Below, piece after piece: positions 34,532-43,527 of a stretch of DNA of 64,000 bases (its first letter is position 1; each line of letters begins with the position of its first letter). The notes below the pieces were generated by a model. It was given only the letters and a program-made list of their open reading frames with translations, was not told the DNA's origin and searched no databases. Source of the DNA: a virus; IMG/VR virus record IMGVR_UViG_3300022752_000059, positions 2,601 to 66,600 of that record; one strand, 5' to 3'. A program made the position numbers and the translations under genes.

Positions 34532-37233
34532 TATGATCTCCTAAGTGCCGCAATTTTCAAATTCTGTGAAAAGATGCGTGAAAATTCCTCAGCGGCCCTT
34601 CTTGCGTCAACGTCTGTGCTACCAGTTGATTGAATGTAGATGTTTGGGGAAATGTTGATTGTATCCCCAGAGGCAATGACAGTTGAGCCCCCTCCTCCAC
34701 GAACGGGCATTACTGGATCGCCTTCTCTACTCAAATAACCAGAACTACGTGCGACATTGTAAGCGTTTCGAAGATCGGTGCTGTATGTTGCTTCCTTGCC
34801 CTTGTAACCGCCCCAGTCGTAGAACGGGTCTTTGCCCTCTTTCTTTCGGAGTGCATAGAGTTTGTATGCAGCGGCAGCATTTGTTTCTGGATTGAACAAT
34901 TCTTCGTTTTCTTTGATACCGAAGAATCCTTGACGCCATTTACCAATGTCCCCAAGCATGTTGATTTGGAACAACCCGTATGAAAGATCCTTAGTTTCTT
35001 TATTTGGATTGAAAGCGTTGACGTTCCAACCGCTAGACTCACGGTGAGAAATTGCAAGAGCCTTGATTAGGTCGTCGCCACGGAATCCAGCCTGCCAAAG
35101 AATCTTGGCAACCTCCACCCCTTTTAATGTCTTCCTTCCCCTGCCTGTTCCTCCCCCGTTGCGTGACGATCCACTTCTCCCAACCATCCCGCCCATCGTT
35201 ATTCTGTTTGATGCACGAGCAGCGCTGATCGAATCAGAAATGGACATTTGTGAATAAGACTCAATGTTCCTACCAGCGGACGATTTTGATAACCCATCCG
35301 TCACCCCACCACGGGATTCGGAACCCATAAAGAACGCCTCTGGGTCCAATCTTTCAGCCCCCGCAATGGTGCCCCACGGGGCTCCTGCAGCCTCGTACTG
35401 TCGACGGCTGTTTGGCAACTCTGCTGGCTGTACGTGCCACGGCTCGTTGTTCACGTCTGCAAACGTCTTCAAACCAAAGCGAGCAGCGTTTTGTTGCAAC
35501 CAATTGAGGTCACCGTCCATGTCCGCAGCAAGACCAATTTCGTGCATCGACATTCCTGGAGGAGCAGCATCAGGTTCTCCAGAGGTGTTCTTCCAGTACG
35601 ATCCGTCCCAAAAGATGCTTGTCTTTTCATCGGTGCGTGTGTAACGCCGCAAGAACAACTGTCGTTGGGCAGCAGATGAACGGAACCCTGTACCCACCCA
35701 CACTTTTCCACCAGATGCATTGATCAGATTGTCAAGACGCTCTCTAAACGTACTGTTTAGATTGTTGAAGTTTGAAAGTTTGGTTGGTTGTTTTCCTGAA
35801 ACAGCACCAGATGACTTACCTTTGCCAGTGCTCTCTGTTTCAGTACCGTCACCTGGCCCTCCTCCTTGTAATGTTCCCATCAAACCAGCGGTTCCAGAAC
35901 TGATAAGTCCTCCAGCAGCAAGAAGCCCAACACCAGTCCAACCTGCACTAATTCCAGTCGCTACTCCAGCGCCAATCATTCCAACGCTAAGCAATCCCCG
36001 TGCCGCTCTCGCCACCATTCCGCCACGATAACTTATGCGCTTACCAATTACTGATTGGAAGACTTCTTCCATCGACGTCTGTAATCCAATTATTGCTTGT
36101 GTGTTTTTTTCTAGAGCCGCCATGTTGTCTTTTTGACGATTGTAGAATTTCTCATCACGAAGTTCCGCTAAACGAGTTGTTTCTTCACGTTGTGTTGCAA
36201 AGTTTTCTTCGATGCCCATTTCTTGACGGTGGGCTTGCTTTGACGGGTCATACATCCCTTGTTGACCGCCAGTCTTTCTTTGGAACTGGACGTTTTCTTC
36301 TGCATACTGAAGAATTAAGTCATGCATGTCTTCAGGAATGCCCAAGGAAGAAAGGCGGGCACGGGTCAGCGAACCAACCTGTTTTCCGCTTCTAATCAAT
36401 CGTTCATTAGTCAACCCAGCGCCACGAACCACGCTTTGGAAGATGTCCGTCATCGACCGTTGGGAACCGCCTGGTCCGTACAAACCAGTTCCAAGAGTCA
36501 TCGTCATTCGATTGTTGACCATTGGGTTAGCCAACGTCTTAATCATTTGAGCAAACTCTTGAGTCCCATATGCGTAACCGCTTGCAGCGGAAAGTCCTTG
36601 AATGGATGCTGCTTGACCTTGAGCACGAATACCTGTTTGGGCTTCTAGTCCAAGCAATGTATTAATACCACCAGCACCTAACCTAAATTGTTGCAATGGT
36701 TGTCTATAGTTGTCGTAATATTGGTTTTGAGTTATTCCCTGAGTTTGTTGATACAGAACAGCCAAACGATCATTAGCGAGAAGATTTCCGTAAGCATTGT
36801 TTACACGCTGGTCAAGACCAGCAACCGCTTGTTGTCCCATTTGAAATGCGGTAAGTGCCGCATAACCCCCAGTCGGAGAACTAAGGGCAGCCTTTGTTTT
36901 TAGGAAACCGCCCCTTACAGACGACAATCCGCTACGAATGGCACCACCAACAGCACCAGAAGTTGTAGTTGTTCCAGAGCCTTCATTTCCCTGGTCCTCC
37001 CCCGACCACCGACGCATGTTTTGACCAATTTGTCGTGTGGTGTTTAGCATGCGCTCCAATGCACGGTTAGTGCGTTGCACACCACTTTCAATGCTGTTAA
37101 AGATTGATGCAATATTTCGAACGGATCGACCAGTGTCTACGGGTGTCGATACAGTGTTGCTGGGCGTGTCGCCAAAAGGGTCTGAGCCGCCTAGCGACCC
37201 ACCACCAAGGTTTGGCTCGTTATATTCAGGCAT
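34531..37233 (-). CDS. Tape measure protein with M15B peptidase and lytic transglycosylase domains
   Basis: Long helical N-terminal half with TM segments; GFRS..AQ..AAPPGMSMHEIGLAAD..EPWH; RESSG...SYGLFQINM. Confidence 0.88.
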   Translation of the reverse strand: MPEYNEPNLGGGSLGGSDPFGDTPSNTVSTPVDTGRSVRNIASIFNSIESGVQRTNRALERMLNTTRQIGQNMRRWSGEDQGNEGSGTTTTSGAVGGAIRSGLSSVRGGFLKTKAALSSPTGGYAALTAFQMGQQAVAGLDQRVNNAYGNLLANDRLAVLYQQTQGITQNQYYDNYRQPLQQFRLGAGGINTLLGLEAQTGIRAQGQAASIQGLSAASGYAYGTQEFAQMIKTLANPMVNNRMTMTLGTGLYGPGGSQRSMTDIFQSVVRGAGLTNERLIRSGKQVGSLTRARLSSLGIPEDMHDLILQYAEENVQFQRKTGGQQGMYDPSKQAHRQEMGIEENFATQREETTRLAELRDEKFYNRQKDNMAALEKNTQAIIGLQTSMEEVFQSVIGKRISYRGGMVARAARGLLSVGMIGAGVATGISAGWTGVGLLAAGGLISSGTAGLMGTLQGGGPGDGTETESTGKGKSSGAVSGKQPTKLSNFNNLNSTFRERLDNLINASGGKVWVGTGFRSSAAQRQLFLRRYTRTDEKTSIFWDGSYWKNTSGEPDAAPPGMSMHEIGLAADMDGDLNWLQQNAARFGLKTFADVNNEPWHVQPAELPNSRRQYEAAGAPWGTIAGAERLDPEAFFMGSESRGGVTDGLSKSSAGRNIESYSQMSISDSISAARASNRITMGGMVGRSGSSRNGGGTGRGRKTLKGVEVAKILWQAGFRGDDLIKALAISHRESSGWNVNAFNPNKETKDLSYGLFQINMLGDIGKWRQGFFGIKENEELFNPETNAAAAYKLYALRKKEGKDPFYDWGGYKGKEATYSTDLRNAYNVARSSGYLSREGDPVMPVRGGGGSTVIASGDTINISPNIYIQSTGSTDVDARRAAEEFSRIFSQNLKIAALRRS

Positions 37234-37388
37234 CAATTATCTCCAGACTTACGCCATCTACCCATCGCTGACCAGAACGTCCGTTGACGAACCGTCATGT
37301 TTTGTATGTCCGTGAGCGTAAAGCCCTTGTATGCCGTTGCTATCGAGTCGTATTCCCAGTATATATGAACCAGATTAACTGAATAGAA
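37233..37388 (-). CDS. Second segment of the tail chaperone (gp51/gpT-like); no good start of its own
   Basis: +1 frame reads FYSVNLVHIYWEYDSIATAYKGFTLTDIQNMTVRQRTFW...*; stop overlaps the tape measure ATG. Confidence 0.6.
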   Translation of the reverse strand, partial: FYSVNLVHIYWEYDSIATAYKGFTLTDIQNMTVRQRTFWSAMGRWRKSGDN

Positions 37389-38157
37389 GGGATGCCCAAT
37401 CAAGCACGATGTTTAGGTCTTCCCCACACGTGGCACACTGGGCATTCACCTCCCCGATCTCTGGACCAGGCTGGTTTTCCATCAAGGTCTTGATTACTAG
37501 GGCTCGGTCCTTGAGATTGAGGCTTTTTGCCCATTCTTCGACGTTGACTCCCTTGTCTGCGATGAGGCAACGGGCAATCATGAGGGTGTTTTGTTCAGCG
37601 GTGGTTTTGGCTTTCTTAGCCACGTGCTGACTGTCGAACCCAACGGGTAGGCGCAGTTTCACCGTAGTGCCATTAGACAATTCGACGCTCAAATGCTCTC
37701 TGACGTCAAACGTTGCTTCTTTGCGCTTGAACTCGTCCATTGATACAAACACGTCGTTGGATGAACCGCAGGCCCTGCAGGTTACTTGGTATTCACGGGT
37801 CTTTCCGTAAGTGGCTTCAATGACCCCGAGGAACAACAGGTCACGGTCACCAATGATCAGTTGGTCAATGATGCTTGGATTGTCCGCAACCTCGATCGTG
37901 CCAATCTTTACGACGGCACGCTTCAAAAGAAACGACATAAACTCGGGATAGACCATCTTGCGACTGTCAATTGAAGCAATGGCTTCCTCGTCAAAACCGT
38001 TCAATTCACGGACCAGTGCGTTGGTTTCCCACACGTCGGTCTCTTTGTTGAGGACTCCACGAATCAGTTCTACAACTGGTTGAGGCGCAGATTTGATTTT
38101 TGGAACGTCGTCTTCCATCGCCTTGTTGAGGGCGTCGGCCTGCTGACTAATATCCAT
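37375..38157 (-). CDS. Tail assembly chaperone / gp26-like hub assembly protein
   Basis: VRELNG.DEE, L.IGDRD.L...I..ATYG, CxxC twice; lies between tube and tape measure. Confidence 0.8.
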   Translation of the reverse strand: MDISQQADALNKAMEDDVPKIKSAPQPVVELIRGVLNKETDVWETNALVRELNGFDEEAIASIDSRKMVYPEFMSFLLKRAVVKIGTIEVADNPSIIDQLIIGDRDLLFLGVIEATYGKTREYQVTCRACGSSNDVFVSMDEFKRKEATFDVREHLSVELSNGTTVKLRLPVGFDSQHVAKKAKTTAEQNTLMIARCLIADKGVNVEEWAKSLNLKDRALVIKTLMENQPGPEIGEVNAQCATCGEDLNIVLDWASLLFS

Positions 38158-38190
38158 TTACTGCTCCTTCTATGAAACTTAGTTGTAATA

Positions 38191-38820
38191 CTACTTGTTG
38201 GCGAGATCCTCGGTGCCGCTCCAGTCGATGTAGAAGCCTTCGTGGTGGACGGTCATTGACTGAATCAGGATGCCGTTGTCACCAGCGTTGAGATCGGTCA
38301 GGGCATATGCACCAGGCCATGCGTTGTACAACTTGAACTGGAACTTGACGTTTCCAGGAACGATGTTCGCAGACTGCGTGTCGCCGTCCCACTGGTACTG
38401 CAATCCACCGTTGTTGGTTTCGGTGGCAGTATGCGGGTGGTCATAGACACGGACGAGGATGTCGCAGCGATAATCACCGTCACCCGTCGCCAAACCAGTT
38501 TCGCCACTGACGCCGCCGCCCAACCATGCGTGGAGGAACTTTTGCCACTGGAACAATTGGTCCTGACCAGCAAACGCACCACGTGCAAATGACACGGGAG
38601 CAAAGTCTGACTGTCCAACCATCTTGTGCGGGTGGGTATTCATTCCGCCTTCACGGTACGTGATCACTTCGTTGGTGACCGAAATACCGCTGACTTGTGC
38701 AAAACCCAGTTCAGACAACTCCTTCAATTTGTTTGCAAGGTTTGTTCCCTGATTTTTCGGGATGATACGAACCCGAAACTTGAAATTACGAAGCGGGTCT
38801 GTTCGAAGCGTATTTGCCAT
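38191..38820 (-). CDS. Tail tube protein (T4 gp19-like)
   Basis: DPLRNFKFRV, GF..VSG......I.YREGG, F.RG, AWP......DL.A, HEG. Confidence 0.93.
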   Translation of the reverse strand: MANTLRTDPLRNFKFRVRIIPKNQGTNLANKLKELSELGFAQVSGISVTNEVITYREGGMNTHPHKMVGQSDFAPVSFARGAFAGQDQLFQWQKFLHAWLGGGVSGETGLATGDGDYRCDILVRVYDHPHTATETNNGGLQYQWDGDTQSANIVPGNVKFQFKLYNAWPGAYALTDLNAGDNGILIQSMTVHHEGFYIDWSGTEDLANK

Positions 38821-38835
38821 GTTCTAACGTTCTCC

Positions 38836-40413
38836 TTAGATTGCACTGGCGGTGCCGCCAGCGAACTGGGTGAGTTTGATGATTACGAATTCGGCTGGGT
38901 ATTGCAGTGCAACACCAACCTCAATATTGACGTATCCGTCTTCGATGGACGCTTGGGTATTGTTTGTGTTGTCACAGACGATGTAGAAAGCCGACGCAGG
39001 CGAGGAGCCCTTGAGGTTTCCTTTCGCCCAGAAGTCAGTCAGGGTGCTGGTCAACGACACCTTGATTCGATCCCACAGCCGCTCATCGTTGGGTTCAAAA
39101 ACCGCAAACTCCGTCTGATTCTTCAAGACCACTCGCAAGTACGAGAGCGTACGGCGGATGGTGATGTAGCGGTCTGGACGGTTCTTCGAGAGCGTTCGTG
39201 CACCGTTGATGATGGTGCCGCCGCCAGGAATCGTACGCAAGCAGTTGACGTTGTTGGTCTTGTACAACTCACCCTGATCGGCATCGCTCAAAGTAGCAAC
39301 CAGACCGAACACGTTTTGCAGGTCGAGGTCGTAACCAGCGGGCGCCTTTCCGACACCACGGATGCTTTCAGAACGAACGAATGCACCAGCAATCGCACCA
39401 CCTGCGTGGGTGTCACGAATAGCCGTTGGACCACTCTTGGCTGGGTCGTACATCTTCAATGCGGGGAAGTACACCGCACCGTATGAACCATAGGTGGAAG
39501 CGCTGTAGTTTGCAACGGCGGTCTGCACTTGGTTCTTGGTGAGTGTGGTCAAATCCGAATCAATGATGACGAATGCGTCTCCACGATTTGCGGCGTACAG
39601 AAGTGCGTTGTTGATGCGGGTAGTCGCCGTCTGACCAACGAGGTTGATCAACAGCGGACCAGGAACCGAATCAAGGTTTGAAACTGCGGTTGCCCATTCC
39701 GTATCAGCGCTAACTGCGCTCGGGTTAGTTGCATCAGAACCACTGGCAAGAGTGAATGACGTGACATAGTCGCCAACCGATACACCAGATACGGACACGG
39801 TTGCGCCGCTTCCAATTGTTGCTGGGGTACCGTTCACTTTCACATAAGCGGAATAGAGATCGAGAACGCTCTTGAAGTAACGGCTTGACGTCGAATCAAA
39901 CGACAGTTCCTGCCATGATTCAACTTCGGTGGCAACACCATTCTTCGTCAGAGTTACCGACAGAGCAAACAACGTTGAGGCTTGCAACTTGGGAGCGGTG
40001 GTAACGTCAGCCAGCGTATTTGGGTCGAACGTCAAGGTCACCGAGAGGTCATTGCCCCATGCGCCCTTGGAAGCAGCATCAAGTTGGAACAACGTTGACG
40101 AACCAGATGCGCCCGTCACCGTTCCAGTGAAGGTGAACGTAGAAGCAGCAGCGGTGGTGTCGATAACACGTGACACGTAGACGTCACGACCACCATTTGC
40201 AAAGAAGTGATAGACGGCGTAACCAAGATCGTAACCGCTGGTGATGTCACCAAACTTGGTCTTGTACTCGTTCCACGAAGTCAAAAGAACGGGCGTTGCT
40301 GGACCACGCTCGGCTGTGCCAACAAATGCCGCAGCAGTGACTGCCGTGCGGTTTGCGACGTTGCTAGTGAACGGGGCTTCCTGAACGTATACCCCTGGGC
40401 GATCGTATGCCAT
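38836..40413 (-). CDS. Contractile tail sheath protein
   Basis: RPGVYVQE, AFVG...RGP, FF.NGG...YV.R, GV.KAPAG, GARTL, FEPND..LW, PAEFV. Confidence 0.97.
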   Translation of the reverse strand: MAYDRPGVYVQEAPFTSNVANRTAVTAAAFVGTAERGPATPVLLTSWNEYKTKFGDITSGYDLGYAVYHFFANGGRDVYVSRVIDTTAAASTFTFTGTVTGASGSSTLFQLDAASKGAWGNDLSVTLTFDPNTLADVTTAPKLQASTLFALSVTLTKNGVATEVESWQELSFDSTSSRYFKSVLDLYSAYVKVNGTPATIGSGATVSVSGVSVGDYVTSFTLASGSDATNPSAVSADTEWATAVSNLDSVPGPLLINLVGQTATTRINNALLYAANRGDAFVIIDSDLTTLTKNQVQTAVANYSASTYGSYGAVYFPALKMYDPAKSGPTAIRDTHAGGAIAGAFVRSESIRGVGKAPAGYDLDLQNVFGLVATLSDADQGELYKTNNVNCLRTIPGGGTIINGARTLSKNRPDRYITIRRTLSYLRVVLKNQTEFAVFEPNDERLWDRIKVSLTSTLTDFWAKGNLKGSSPASAFYIVCDNTNNTQASIEDGYVNIEVGVALQYPAEFVIIKLTQFAGGTASAI

Positions 40414-40450
40414 TGTTTTACTCCTGAGAAGTTAGACTCGACAGACCTGT

Positions 40451-41092
40451 TTAATTTGTCTGTTCAAGTGTAGTTGATACGGATAGAACTTTCTTGATCC
40501 CAATTAGTGCTGCTGTCGGCAGTTCTGACGACATTTGTAACGTGTATATTTTACGAAATATTCGCTTCCTGTACCCAGCCTCTGGGTCCAACATGTCGGC
40601 AGCCGACCAGTCCAAAAGGTCAAGCCTTCGGCTGGTTCCGTCAACCCCAATGTTGATTGAGTTGTAGCGAAACGGTACCACAGAAGAAAGCATCTGGGAG
40701 GTTAGTTCCCTGTCATGGAGGGCACTTCGGCAGTAGGTGGCGACCTGATACATCAAGTCGATCGGAATGAACTCATTGCTTCGGTAGAAATCGTCACCAG
40801 TCATTTCGGGAGAACTGGCAGAAGACGTATTAGGCCAGTACTTGATGACATTGGGGTGGTCGGTATTCAAATTTGTGTACAAAGTAACGTCTGAATGTTG
40901 TCTGTTTTTTGCATGGTTGATATCAAGAAGGTCGATGGTAATAAACGGATACTGCCGTTCAGTTTCACCGTCTGGATATCTGAAGAATACTTTGACTGGT
41001 CGGGACGCATTCCTGTCGTCACTTACCGTCACAGTGCTTAAACGAATCTTGAGCGCCTCATCTTCAGCAAGAAGAAAACCAGCACGACTCAT
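40451..41092 (-). CDS. Tail terminator / sheath-stabilising protein
   Basis: V.FR.PD......YPFITIDL, P.DL.YQV..Y; directly upstream of the sheath. Confidence 0.7.
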   Translation of the reverse strand: MSRAGFLLAEDEALKIRLSTVTVSDDRNASRPVKVFFRYPDGETERQYPFITIDLLDINHAKNRQHSDVTLYTNLNTDHPNVIKYWPNTSSASSPEMTGDDFYRSNEFIPIDLMYQVATYCRSALHDRELTSQMLSSVVPFRYNSINIGVDGTSRRLDLLDWSAADMLDPEAGYRKRIFRKIYTLQMSSELPTAALIGIKKVLSVSTTLEQTN

Positions 41093-41451
41093 AGGCGAGT
41101 AACCTTTGCAATACGCTGTTCAAGCGTTCGTGCGGTACGTTCAGCCGTTTTCCTTAAGAACGCCCGAGGTGCCTGCTCTAGATTTCCATATTCAAGGTTT
41201 GGGGCGGCATCGCCATCCATTGAGTAAAACAACTTACCGTCTTTGACTACCGCATTAATTGTTTTAGCAAGTTCTGGATTCTCTTGTGCCACAACGTCCC
41301 GCAACATTTTTAAATCATTGTTGATCGTTGAAATTAAAGTCTTTTGAATTGTTTTTGGAATTTGATTAACTGCCTGAGCAATCGAGTTTGAAACTGGTGC
41401 AAAGATGGGGTCAGAACTGAGTGGAATGGACGTTTTGGAATAGCCAACCAT
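41089..41451 (-). CDS. Tail completion / neck protein (HK97 gp10-like)
   Basis: LEYG....APR.FLR motif; position. Confidence 0.6.
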   Translation of the reverse strand: MVGYSKTSIPLSSDPIFAPVSNSIAQAVNQIPKTIQKTLISTINNDLKMLRDVVAQENPELAKTINAVVKDGKLFYSMDGDAAPNLEYGNLEQAPRAFLRKTAERTARTLEQRIAKVTRL

Positions 41452-41516
41452 GGCAATCCTCTCAAAGTTCTGGGCAGTTGTGGCTTACGACGCTCGTCGA
41501 AAGCAAATCAATTTTA

Positions 41517-42056
41517 TCAGAGATTGGCGATAGTGGAGGGCCACGGAAGGTCGACGACCCCCATTGCTTGCGGGCCTGGGTCAAATGGCATCTCTTGGTC
41601 AATGTAGATTTCGTACCCTTCCACCAAAATAAGCACGTCATCTCGCAGCCGACCACGGACCTTGTAGTTATGGACGCTGAAATAACGACCGTCGTACAGG
41701 AACATATCGTTCAATCGACGTTGGTATTCGTAAGGGTATTCAATACCAGCCGACCTAAAATCCTCCACCGAAGCAACAAAATTGGTAATTTCTACGGGCT
41801 GTCGTCCCTCTGGAATTGCACGCTTTTCGTCCTCACGTTCCGCAATTGTTAGGACAGGGATAGTCACCCCGTTCTTATACTTCTTTCCTCCGACACCACG
41901 TGGGCCCTCGTCATATACGTCGTCGTATTGAGAACCAGCACCTGCTGGGGTGGTGTGGGGAACAAACTCAAACCACACCACAGTCTCGCCGTAGTTCCTC
42001 GTGTGTTCACGATAACGGCGGCGTATGAGGTTTAGTTCACGCCGAATGTCCGTCAT
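41517..42056 (-). CDS. Head closure / neck protein
   Basis: G..V.WF...D.VYDEG, D.F.Y.G..F.V; position. Confidence 0.6.
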   Translation of the reverse strand: MTDIRRELNLIRRRYREHTRNYGETVVWFEFVPHTTPAGAGSQYDDVYDEGPRGVGGKKYKNGVTIPVLTIAEREDEKRAIPEGRQPVEITNFVASVEDFRSAGIEYPYEYQRRLNDMFLYDGRYFSVHNYKVRGRLRDDVLILVEGYEIYIDQEMPFDPGPQAMGVVDLPWPSTIANL

Positions 42057-42865
42057 ATGAACGTATTACTGACATAATTGGGAGGAATGTTGGCGTCGAT
42101 ATAGACATCCTCACGCAGTTTGTCAATCGGAGCCTCTTCAAGTTCGATGACTTGTTTGTCCTCGTTCGGGAAGATGCGCTCGATTGGACCGTAGTCACCG
42201 AGTTCCTTGTGCTTGTAAATGGGCACGTAGCGATTGGTTGTGCGACTGACACGTCGAAGATTGAAGATTTCGATGCGGTCAACGCCAATGTTGAGGGCAC
42301 GTGCCTGTTTGTCGTATTGCTGAGACCAGTAGGTCAGCAATGATTGCACCATTCTGAAACGCTGACTGGCGGGGATGTGAACGGATTCGGAGGTCATGAC
42401 GTCAATATCACGGCTGAATTCGGACATCAGTCCCATGAGTACCTCAACGATCGTTCCCATACCAATCGTTTCGATGATGACCTGTGCCATGTTTTCGAGC
42501 GGAATATCCAGACTGAACACATGCTGGTTGATTGACTGCTTTGCGTAGAACTCAAGATCAGCAGGCGATACCCATTCGTAGTAGTACCCTTCGACCATCA
42601 GTTTGGTGTTGGCGGCTGGGGTGGAACCGAGACGAAGGATTCCGTTTCGATCGTCCAACGAATACTGGAGCGGGGACAACTGGGTTGCCGAGGCGCCAGT
42701 AGTCGTGGCTACCCATAAGGTGTCAGCGTCGATGTTTGGGTTTCCAAGTTCATAGGTGCGCCCAACCGCATCTAAAGACACTTGAAAGAATCGTGGGAAG
42801 TCCCGAAGGTAGGTTCGGGCTACCTCTGTGACGTCCTTGAGGATGGCGTCCGAATACAGAGTCAT
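42053..42865 (-). CDS. Head-tail adaptor (neck) protein
   Basis: R..L.D, Y.LD..NG.L.L, DI.V...E.V.IP.SQRF; leaderless TAAACT-N6-ATG. Confidence 0.6.
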   Translation of the reverse strand: MTLYSDAILKDVTEVARTYLRDFPRFFQVSLDAVGRTYELGNPNIDADTLWVATTTGASATQLSPLQYSLDDRNGILRLGSTPAANTKLMVEGYYYEWVSPADLEFYAKQSINQHVFSLDIPLENMAQVIIETIGMGTIVEVLMGLMSEFSRDIDVMTSESVHIPASQRFRMVQSLLTYWSQQYDKQARALNIGVDRIEIFNLRRVSRTTNRYVPIYKHKELGDYGPIERIFPNEDKQVIELEEAPIDKLREDVYIDANIPPNYVSNTFI

Positions 42866-42883
42866 GCTACCAGTTTACTTCAA

Positions 42884-43036
42884 TTACTGGTCGCCCGAAC
42901 CGCTCCCAGGAACCTTGTCGCTTGCTGGCTGGTTGATCTCTGAGCGCTCTTCATGTACACGGTGTGACATGACGGCACGTACACGTTTGATATCGGTGAC
43001 GGTTCCGCTGGGAAGGGGGAGGTCTCGTTCAGTCAA
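42884..43036 (-). CDS. Small hypothetical protein (50 aa)
   Basis: TTG start; MTERDLPLPSGTVTDIKRVR...PGSGSGDQ*; fills the gap. Confidence 0.45.
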   Translation of the reverse strand: MTERDLPLPSGTVTDIKRVRAVMSHRVHEERSEINQPASDKVPGSGSGDQ

Positions 43037-43355
43037 GTTTCATCGCCTCCTGTCTGGCGTGTGCGTATCGTGGGTATTCCTGATTTGCAAGAATTGAGTA
43101 AAGGCGCATCGCATTGATGTACACCTGGATGCTGTCAACGGCAGCAAGGTGGGTGGGGCCGTTGAATGACTCGACGGCAAATGCAGAATGCTTCTCCAAA
43201 CCTTCAGCAATGAATCCTTTCAAATCTTTTAAAAACTCAGGGTTCTCATCAATAACGTCAAAGAGTCTCACGTACTCGTGAAGTGCAATGATTTCGTCCC
43301 TAAACATGACGAGGACCCCAACGTTTGATTCAAACAATTCGTAATGATTTGACAT
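43029..43355 (-). CDS. Hypothetical protein
   Basis: ORF track; packed in the operon. Confidence 0.5.
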   Translation of the reverse strand: MSNHYELFESNVGVLVMFRDEIIALHEYVRLFDVIDENPEFLKDLKGFIAEGLEKHSAFAVESFNGPTHLAAVDSIQVYINAMRLYSILANQEYPRYAHARQEAMKLD

Positions 43356-43359
43356 GTTG

Positions 43360-43527
43360 TTACCACTTTCCTAATGGGCATTTTTGTGATTTGATTAGGG
43401 TTTTCACTTTCATGAAACACCCACATTCCTTACACGTACCAGTTGGTTTAAAGAACCTATCACAGCCACGGCAAATCTCATAACGGCTCTTGGATAGTTC
43501 CATGCGGTCATCAGTTGATGTATTCAA
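43360..43527 (-). CDS. Small Cys-rich protein (DUF6171-like)
   Basis: R.EIC.GC..F....TC.ECGCFM..KT......CP.GKW. Confidence 0.75.
   Translation of the reverse strand: MNTSTDDRMELSKSRYEICRGCDRFFKPTGTCKECGCFMKVKTLIKSQKCPLGKW

Noticed and set aside
42884-43036. 50-aa peptide ending GSGDQ as a Pup mimic for the proteasome-like protease
   Set aside because: Lacks the GG[QE] terminus and the Pup helical core; unlinked to the protease
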